From assembly GCF_001194135.2 (NCBI RefSeq), contig NC_068983.1, forward strand, positions 100,644,488-100,703,816: a DNA stretch of 59,329 nucleotides. The letters run 5' to 3'. A program made the position numbers and the translations under genes. The DNA is from Octopus bimaculoides. Lineage: Eukaryota. Below are positions 50,591-59,329 of this stretch, one piece after another; the first letter of the stretch is position 1, and each line of letters starts with the position of its first letter. A model generated the notes under the pieces. That model saw nothing but the letters and a program-made list of their open reading frames with translations. It ran no database searches and was not told the DNA's origin.

Positions 50591-51074
50591 CAATATATAT
50601 ATATATATATATATATCCTTAAATTTTTTAGTGACGCTGTTGCAACCATAAGTTTTAAACCCTTAATAATTATTTTACACTTTTCGCAGAATGTTTATTA
50701 CTCTGGGGAATTTTATTTTAACCGTGCTTATTGATGATGGATTACTTAGTAAATCCTCAACTGCTATCCGTAACAACAACAATTGTGATAACAAGCAACA
50801 ACTGACACACGACTGAAGCAGAATTGTAAGTACAATTACATTTCATTCATGTACAACCCACATTCTTCTCGTTTATTCTGCTCATCATTATAAAAATGAT
50901 ATTACTAATGTAATATTAACGAATAATGTCTTTCCTGCGGGGGGATTTTAATGAACACACATTATGTTTCATACTGAAATTATTTCCTATGTCACTTTTA
51001 AAGTACACATACACGCGCGCGTGTATGGATCTATATATGCGTGTGTGTGTGTGTGTAAAGTGTATGTACACGTA

Positions 51075-51120
<46 letters not shown>

Positions 51121-51316
51121 TGTAGATATGTATATGTGTGTATATAGGTTTATATATAGTTATATATATATGTATATATATATATATATAATTGCCACAA
51201 ATATCAAACACATTGCTCTCCATTTCTTCTTTAATATGTGTGTGTGTGTGCGTGTGTGTGTGTGTGGATGGATGGATGGATGGATGGATGGATGCATATG
51301 TATATAGATAGACAGG

Positions 51317-51359
<43 letters not shown>

Positions 51360-52068
51360 TAGGCAGGCAGGTAGGTAGGTATATTGAGTATAACAATGCA
51401 ATTTAATAAAATTCATACAATGTAATTAAATTTAATTCATATCGCAGACATCCCTGTAGATTTTTAGCAAAAGTCACAGGATATGAAGTAGTAATAGCAG
51501 GAGAATTGGAAATGGGGGAATAATGAGTAGGTATGCGGTGCATGACATCTGCCGGATGTTCTAGTTCGGCCATGACTCAGCAGAATATTTTGGCTTTATC
51601 ATAAACAAATATCTTCATATAATGTTAAGTGAAAATGAGCAGATACCTTCTGTTTAATGGAGGCGTTTTATATAAAACATTACATAGGATCTCGTCCTAA
51701 AATGAGATAATATCTCTTAGCCCCGTTACTAAACGGCGTTACTAAAAGGCGTTCAGGGTTTTCCATGAAGCTTGGTAAGTTTAAGTCTTTTTCCTTTTTT
51801 CCTCTTAATTTGTCTTCCCCCCACCCTACCCCGGAACGTTGTTTACAAATTTATCATACAACAATATGCTGCATCTACCTTATAAACGCCATTTTACATT
51901 TGATTATTCTGCTCATAGAGCTTCATATATATAGTATTCCTCTGCATCAGTCGCTAATACGATTGACACAATCCCCAACCTTTCGTGTATTTCAACAGCA
52001 AACGATTTTGATTCTTTTTCAGCAGCTTAACATCGATGTTTTTTTTTTCTCAAGTTATACCAGACTGT

Positions 52069-52109
<41 letters not shown>

Positions 52110-52110
<1 letters not shown>

Positions 52111-52256
52111 GGAAGGCACCTGGGCACGACAAGATCCCCAACTTCTGGTTAAAATACCTGACAGGAATGCACAAAAAGCTGGCTGAAAACTTTAACAACA
52201 TACTAGCAGAACCAGAGACAATGCCTGAATGGCTCACGAAAGGGAAAACCATCTTA
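52110..52256 (+). mobile_element. R4/Dong-like (RLE-type) non-LTR retrotransposon RT fragment
   Basis: WKAPGHDKIPNFWLKYLTGMHKKLAENFNNILAEPETMPEWLTKGKTIL immediately after (TAA)n at 52069-52107; runs into a gap. Confidence 0.78.
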
Positions 52257-52836
52257 NNNNNNNNNNNNNNNNNNNNNNNNNNNNNNNNNNNNNNNNNNNN
52301 NNNNNNNNNNNNNNNNNNNNNNNNNNNNNNNNNNNNNNNNNNNNNNNNNNNNNNNNNNNNNNNNNNNNNNNNNNNNNNNNNNNNNNNNNNNNNNNNNNNN
52401 NNNNNNNNNNNNNNNNNNNNNNNNNNNNNNNNNNNNNNNNNNNNNNNNNNNNNNNNNNNNNNNNNNNNNNNNNNNNNNNNNNNNNNNNNNNNNNNNNNNN
52501 NNNNNNNNNNNNNNNNNNNNNNNNNNNNNNNNNNNNNNNNNNNNNNNNNNNNNNNNNNNNNNNNNNNNNNNNNNNNNNNNNNNNNNNNNNNNNNNNNNNN
52601 NNNNNNNNNNNNNNNNNNNNNNNNNNNNNNNNNNNNNNNNNNNNNNNNNNNNNNNNNNNNNNNNNNNNNNNNNNNNNNNNNNNNNNNNNNNNNNNNNNNN
52701 NNNNNNNNNNNNNNNNNNNNNNNNNNNNNNNNNNNNNNNNNNNNNNNNNNNNNNNNNNNNNNNNNNNNNNNNNNNNNNNNNNNNNNNNNNNNNNNNNNNN
52801 NNNNNNNNNNNNNNNNNNNNNNNNNNNNNNNNNNNN

Positions 52837-52915
<79 letters not shown>

Positions 52916-53854
52916 TATAGTGATTGCCACTTCTTTACAGCAGGAGGCCATCCATCTCTTCAATTAATAAACGCCGGCATGAGATCCCATATAACTTAGA
53001 AGACTGACTTTGGACAATCAGACCCTACTGCACATGCTACTTACCTACCCACCCTACCTATATACCTACCAACCTACCAACCTACCTACCTACCTACCTG
53101 CCTGCCTGTCAGCCTGCCTGCCAGCCTGCCTGCTTTTCAACACGCCTACCCGCCTGTTTGCATGCATACATGCATATATATAGCATAATTAAGAATACCT
53201 GAAGCAAAAATAATGTAGATAATTCTACAGCTATTAATATCTTTTAGAAATTAAGACGACGTGAAAACCTCATATTATTCTTTGTAGCAAACAAAAATAA
53301 AACAATTGGAAATCTTCTTACAAATCTGTTTTGGGATTATTGTCACAATTTTTCAGTCATACTGAGAGAAAATTTTATCTGAATCATATGTAACACTAGC
53401 TTATCATTGTGTGACATTAACAGCTGCCCAGATTTGAATGTAATAAGTTATTCGTAGTAATACCATACATTGACGCTGTGGACAGAAAATTCCATTGATA
53501 GGTCTCTAGCCTATAATCTCAGGTTTTAGGTTAAGTCGCTGAATTTCAACGGTGATTTTTGTGAAGTCTCTTCAGTCTAGAGGCTAGTATAACTATATGG
53601 TCTACCGTAGATGCAGCGTTTGAATTCCGACTTTTTTTCGTTTTAAATATATTTGTGGAATGCAGATTCATTTACAGCAGTCATGGATCAACTGCAGCTT
53701 GCGGGAATTGCTGAATGTTACGCCTCACGAAACTTACTTTTGAATTTTAGTAGTGCAGCCCACCTGATGCCGAGTCATGTTTCATGTGGCATGTTTCTCG
53801 AAAAAGGTTGCACATACTCTAAAATATGTATGATATAGACAACTCTACAGTAGT

Positions 53855-54075
53855 AAATAAACCTTTCTACTATAGGCACAAGGCCTGACATTTGATTGGA
53901 GGAGGCCAGTTGATTTGACCAACATCAATACGCAACTGGTACTTAATTTATCGACCCCAAAAGAATGAAAGGCGAAGTCGACCTCGGCGGAATTTGAAAT
54001 CAGAACGTGAAGACCGACGAAATGCCGCTAAGCATTTTAACCGGTGTGCTAACGATTCTGCCAGCTCGTTACCTT
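53855..54075 (-). mobile_element. SINE family B
   Basis: aacctttctactataggcacaaggcctg..gattctgccagctcgttacctt. Confidence 0.88.
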
Positions 54076-54097
54076 AGTAAATTAAATAATAATATCT

Positions 54098-54126
54098 ACT
54101 AGCAGAGATACCCGGCCTAGCTCGGG
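54098..54126 (-). mobile_element. Helitron-type 3' terminus
   Basis: Minus strand cccgagctaggccgggtatctctgCTAG-t, the same motif as 31381-31407; a weaker one at about 55837-55863. Confidence 0.5.
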
Positions 54127-54149
54127 ATTAAAATGGCATAGATTGTTAT

Positions 54150-54435
54150 TGTTTTATTTGTTTCAGTCATGTGACTGCGGCCATACTGGAGCACTGCCGT
54201 TGGTCGAAGAAATCAACCACAGGATTTATTCTTTGTAAGCGTAGTACTCATTCTGTCAGTGTCTTTTAGCAAACTGCTAAGTTACGGGAACGTAAACACA
54301 GCAACATCAGTTGTCAAGCAATGGTGGTGGTACAAACACAAGACACGCACACACATACACATATATACGGCAGTCTTCTTTCAGTCTCCGAGTACGAAAT
54401 CCACTCACAAGGTTTTGGTCGGCCTGAGGCTATAA
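54150..54435. mobile_element. Composite family C-related SINE
   Basis: tttcagtcatgtgactgcggccatactggagcac..aaactgctaagttacggg..tttcagtctccg..cactcacaaggttttggtcggcctgaggctata. Confidence 0.7.
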
Positions 54436-54456
54436 TAAGATATATATGTATATATA

Positions 54457-55818
54457 TGTAAGGGACGACCGTGCGAACTTATAAAAGGAGATATGGTGAC
54501 GAATGGAAAAACAGAGGACTCCTTTTATTTAAACGTGTCACACGGTCGAACATACAAATATATATATCAAAGATGATGATATACAGGATATGTTATGCGA
54601 CGATAACATAGATGACCAGTAATGAAAGACCACAACCGTATTAGATGAATAACAGAGATATTTATTGTAGTGTTAAAGATGTATGTCTGTGTGAGAGTGT
54701 GAATGCGACATATAATAACATAATCAAAGACAGGCCGTCATACAAAGAAAAGTGTGTATGTGAGTGATACATGTGTGTATGAGAAATATTACAGCAGAGA
54801 AAAAGAGAGTCAATAACACGTGAACAATTATACCAGTTCGTTAGTACACTATAGGAAAAGTTCTGTATGTGAAAGTGAGGNNNNNNNNNNNNNNNNNNNN
54901 NNNNNNNNNNNNNNNNNNNNNNNNNNNNNNNNNNNNNNNNNNNNNNNNNNNNNNNNNNNNNNNNNNNNNNNNNNNNNNNNNNNNNNNNNNNNNNNNNNNN
55001 NNNNNNNNNNNNNNNNNNNNNNNNNNNNNNNNNNNNNNNNNNNNNNNNNNNNNNNNNNNNNNNNNNNNNNNNNNNNNNNNNNNNNNNNNNNNNNNNNNNN
55101 NNNNNNNNNNNNNNNNNNNNNNNNNNNNNNNNNNNNNNNNNNNNNNNNNNNNNNNNNNNNNNNNNNNNNNNNNNNNNNNNNNNNNNNNNNNNNNNNNNNN
55201 NNNNNNNNNNNNNNNNNNNNNNNNNNNNNNNNNNNNNNNNNNNNNNNNNNNNNNNNNNNNNNNNNNNNNNNNNNNNNNNNNNNNNNNNNNNNNNNNNNNN
55301 NNNNNNNNNNNNNNNNNNNNNNNNNNNNNNNNNNNNNNNNNNNNNNNNNNNNNNNNNNNNNNNNNNNNNNNNNNNNNNNNNNNNNNNNNNNNNNNNNNNN
55401 NNNNNNNNNNNNNNNNNNNNNNNNNNNNNNNNNNNNNNNNNNNNNNNNNNNNNNNNNNNNNNNNNNNNNNNNNNNNNNNNNNNNNNNNNNNNNNNNNNNN
55501 NNNNNNNNNNNNNNNNNNNNNNNNNNNNNNNNNNNNNNNNNNNNNNNNNNNNNNNNNNNNNNNNNNNNNNNNNNNNNNNNNNNNNNNNNNNNNNNNNNNN
55601 NNNNNNNNNNNNNNNNNNNNNNNNNNNNNNNNNNNNNNNNNNNNNNNNNNNNNNNNNNNNNNNNNNNNNNNNNNNNNNNNNNNNNNNNNNNNNNNNNNNN
55701 NNNNNNNNNNNNNNNNNNNNNNNNNNNNNNNNNNNNNNNNNNNNNNNNNNNNNNNNNNNNNNNNNNNNNNNNNNNNNNNNNNNNNNNNNNNNNNNNNNNN
55801 NNNNNNNNNNNNNNNNNN
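54457..55818 (-). mobile_element. Second copy of the solo-LTR-like element, mostly in a gap, in (TA)n
   Basis: tata|TGTAAGGG start equals the reverse complement of the 37366 end; (AT)n resumes at 55819 after the gap; span compatible with a 1.2-1.35 kb unit. Confidence 0.68.
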
Positions 55819-56380
55819 ATATATATATATATATAGTAGCTGGCATACCCGGTAATTTCCGGGAAAGCGGGCTTATCCCTTGGCTCCGTTTTCATAATCA
55901 TTTCGCTAATCCAGTAACAACAATACGAAGTATGTAGCCCTTAAAACAGTTTTTGTGTATTTATTGAGAATACCGAACTGTCTTACAAAGGATCTTGTTT
56001 TTAGGAATTCTCAATAAGTTATGAATACCCAAATTGTGAAGTCAGTTATGTAATAACATGAAATTAATTACCCTGTAGTAAGAATTCAAATAAAGTAGCC
56101 CCGAAAAGGGCTTTAATACGTTCCCAAAGTATATACATTTTAGGAGGAAATACTAATAAGGTATGTATACTAAAATCTAGCAACTCGTGCTAATTACGAT
56201 CGAGCCTTGTAGGTGAAAAGGATTAACTGACATCACTTGTCAAGAGTACAGGCGACAGTCAGATCGCTGATGTTTGATGTGCACTTCGCTTTCATTATTT
56301 GATTGCTCTTACTCTGTGCGTCTATGTGTAAAAGATCAGTTGTGTTTTGCATTGTTGCTTTATTTTTACCCTCAACTTAG

Positions 56381-56492
56381 AAATGGAGAAAGACATAGTG
56401 CCAGATATAAAAAAAAATAAGCCATTTGGAGCTAGAAATATTGCAGAAAAACGTGAGGCAAACTTGCTTACTGTTAAATTATCCGTGTATAT
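56381..56492 (+). other. Candidate small exon
   Basis: Polypyrimidine/AG acceptor ttttaccctcaacttAG, ATG at 56383 (MEKDIVPDIKKNKPFGARNIAEKREANLLTVKLSVY), donor GTAAGT at 56493; no homology recognised. Confidence 0.2.
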
Positions 56493-57769
56493 GTAAGTCT
56501 GCGGTGTGCATTACGTCTCTTACCTTATTTTATGCATGTGTCTTATGCGAAATCTGTGATGAGCCCGAGTGATGTGGATGACCTGGAGTCGCCTCTGATA
56601 TNNNNNNNNNNNNNNNNNNNNNNNNNNNNNNNNNNNNNNNNNNNNNNNNNNNNNNNNNNNNNNNNNNNNNNNNNNNNNNNNNNNNNNNNNNNNNNNNNNN
56701 NNNNNNNNNNNNNNNNNNNNNNNNNNNNNNNNNNNNNNNNNNNNNNNNNNNNNNNNNNNNNNNNNNNNNNNNNNNNNNNNNNNNNNNNNNNNNNNNNNNN
56801 NNNNNNNNNNNNNNNNNNNNNNNNNNNNNNNNNNNNNNNNNNNNNNNNNNNNNNNNNNNNNNNNNNNNNNNNGCTTAGAGTGTGATCAGTGCACTACACG
56901 AAACTTCGGATAGTGAATAATTTATGTTGTTTTTCAACTCTGTCTGTGTGTACACATACACTGTGGCTTTAGAACTGAGCATGAGAATAGTAATGCTTTT
57001 GTTTTTCTTTTTCTTTTTTTGTGTTTTTTTTTTTTCGATATTTATGAACGCTTCTATTTACTTAACGGTTTCAATTCCTGAATGAATTCGCTTTATATTT
57101 AATCGCTTATGCCTTTAAGAAAGAAATCAATAGTAATTATTCAAGTGTTGAAAAACAGTTACTGAAAAAAAACATGGCCGATGAGAACACGTTAATTTTT
57201 CTAAAATGCGTCAGTATCTTGAAGGTCGTACATCTATAATTTACCATGGCAACATTAAATGAAGAAAAATATACAAAACGAATGTGTAAATTAAGTTATA
57301 AAGTCTAGATTAACACAAGCCACTGGTAGATATGTAAACATGAACTTTATATAGCAACATTAACCGAACATATTTACATGTGTATGAATGCCGTTTACAG
57401 TCGGTTAAAAATGTCGAACGCTTCCACTTGCTAACCCGTGTCTGTTATTTCGAATCAATTATAGCCAAGCTTCTCTTGCTTTCCTCGAGTGGCAAAAGCT
57501 AACTCAACCAGACAGTTTTACTCAATGTCATAATGTTTACATATAAGTGATATGAACGTGCAGTGTTTGAAATATGTGAGTGATATTCTGTAAAATACTA
57601 TCGTATCAACACCAGTAGCTTGCAAAATGGGTGTTAATGTCCCAAAGTTTAATTGAAATTGCCAGACTTGTTGGAAGTCGGTTGGCTGGTTGGTTGGTTG
57701 GTTGGTTGGTTGGTGGCTTGTCGGTTGGTAGGTCAGCACAGAGTTATGGTCAAAGACATTCCAGTCATG

Positions 57770-57970
57770 ACCATTATTTCTATCTTTTCAGTATTTCTTG
57801 GCACACCGTCATTTCGTTCGACTTTTCGTTCTGAGTTCCATTTCTGTCGAGGTTGACTTTGCCTTTCATCCTTTCGTGGTCGATAAAATATGTATAACTT
57901 CAGCACCGGTCTATGTAATCAACTATCTCTCTCCCTGCAAAATTTCAGGTCTTGTCCCTATAGTAGAAAG
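57770..57970 (+). mobile_element. SINE family B
   Basis: gtcatttcgttcgacttttcgttctgagttcca..gactttgcctttcatcctttcgtggtcgataaa..tagtagaaag. Confidence 0.82.
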
Positions 57971-58077
57971 CATTATCCTATCTACCTTTTATTGTTTCTA
58001 GGTGGTAGATTGACATGGGAAATATGTGTGGTGAATGCTGATTATCTGACAGAGAAACATAAGAGGTGAATATAGGT

Positions 58078-58446
58078 TGTTGTTGGCACTCCGTCGCTTA
58101 CGACGTCGAGGGATCCAGTTGATCCGATCAACGGAACAGCCTGCTCGTGAAATTAACGTGTAAGTGGCTGAGCACTCCACAGACACGTGTACCCTTAACG
58201 TAGTTCTCGGGTATGTTCAGCGTAACACAGTGTGACAAGGCTGACCCTTTGAATTACAGGCACAACGGAAACAGGAAGTAAGAGTGAGAGAAAGTTGTGG
58301 TGAAAGAGTACAGCAGGGTTCGTCATCATCCCCTGCCGGAGCCGCGTGGAGCTTTAGGTGTTTTCGCTCAATAAACACTCACAATGCCCGGTCTGGGAAT
58401 CGAAACTGCGAGTCCGCTGCCCTAACCACTGGGACATTGCGCCTCC
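58078..58446 (-). mobile_element. SINE family A with 13-bp TSD
   Basis: TSD ggtgaatataggt at 58065-58077 and 58447-58459. Confidence 0.95.
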
Positions 58447-58519
58447 GGTGAATATAGGTAACTCGAAACGAATGGAGAGGAATGGGTTCTGCCCTATGGG
58501 TTTCGTAGACAATGCTTTA

Positions 58520-58885
58520 TAAGAAATATTGGTCTCAAATTTTGGTACAAGGCCAGCAAGTTCGAGTGAGGGGATAAGTTGATTACATTGACTCCAGTAC
58601 TCAACTGGTACTTGTTTTATCGACTCTGGCAAAGTCGACCTCGGCTGCAGTGGAACTCAGAACGTAAAGATGGACAAAATGCTGCTAAACATTTTATCCG
58701 GCGTGCTTACGATTCTGTCAACTCGCCGCCTTAGTTTTATGAGAAATACTGGTTTCAAATTCTGGCACAAGGCAGCAAGTTTGGAGGAAGTGGGAAGTCG
58801 ATTGCATCGACCCACCACTGTTCAACTGGTACTTATTTTATTGACCCTGAAAGGATGAAAGGTAAAGTCGACCTCGGCGGAATTG
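58520..58885 (-). mobile_element. Two adjacent family B SINEs (second one truncated)
   Basis: caactggtactt..tcgac..gtcgacctcggc motif occurs at about 58603 and 58823. Confidence 0.82.
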
Positions 58886-59277
58886 TTTTGCAAGAAATAT
58901 TGAAAACAAAAAGCATCTATGAGGATTCGTGGTGATGACGATGGCAACGATAGTTGCTGCTGATGCTGCCGCTGCCACCGCCACTGCTGTTGCAGTTGGT
59001 TTTGCTGCTGTTGATAAGGCCTCAAATAACTCTTATCACGTATTCTATCTTCTATTCAGACATATTTAATCTAGGACGACATTATCCAATGGCGGAACCA
59101 ACATTCTGTGTGAGTCTGGGTAAGGTCTATGAAGAAGTGCAAAATTTATTTAAGTAATGTTACGATGAATAAAAAGAATGAAATATAGTTAACGGACAAA
59201 GTTGATATGTAAGAAACAATGTGAGGTGAGTGTGTGTATGCGCGCGCGCGTGTACATTATATATATACATATATATA

Positions 59278-59329
<52 letters not shown>

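Overview
Eukaryotic, AT-rich, microsatellite-saturated genomic window with 13 N-gaps. The SINE families and the (CA)n/(TA)n/(TACA)n load resemble an octopus (coleoid cephalopod) draft assembly; this is inference, not a database result. Almost all long ORFs in the track are microsatellite or N-gap artefacts. One probable host exon is recognisable: an SLC16/MCT-type MFS transporter segment (minus, about 40.5-40.85 kb). The rest is transposon debris: three Penelope-like (GIY-YIG) fragments with four minimal hammerhead-ribozyme motifs, two copies of a ~1.2 kb TG..CA solo-LTR-like element in (TA)n, a Gypsy remnant, RTE and R4/Dong-like LINE fragments, and a full-length decayed mariner. The mariner has a locally rearranged, internally deleted copy nearby. 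There are also hAT, piggyBac and Helitron relics, two MITEs and many tRNA-derived SINEs. No CRISPR array, rRNA or bona fide tRNA gene was seen. All alignments and folds were done by eye.
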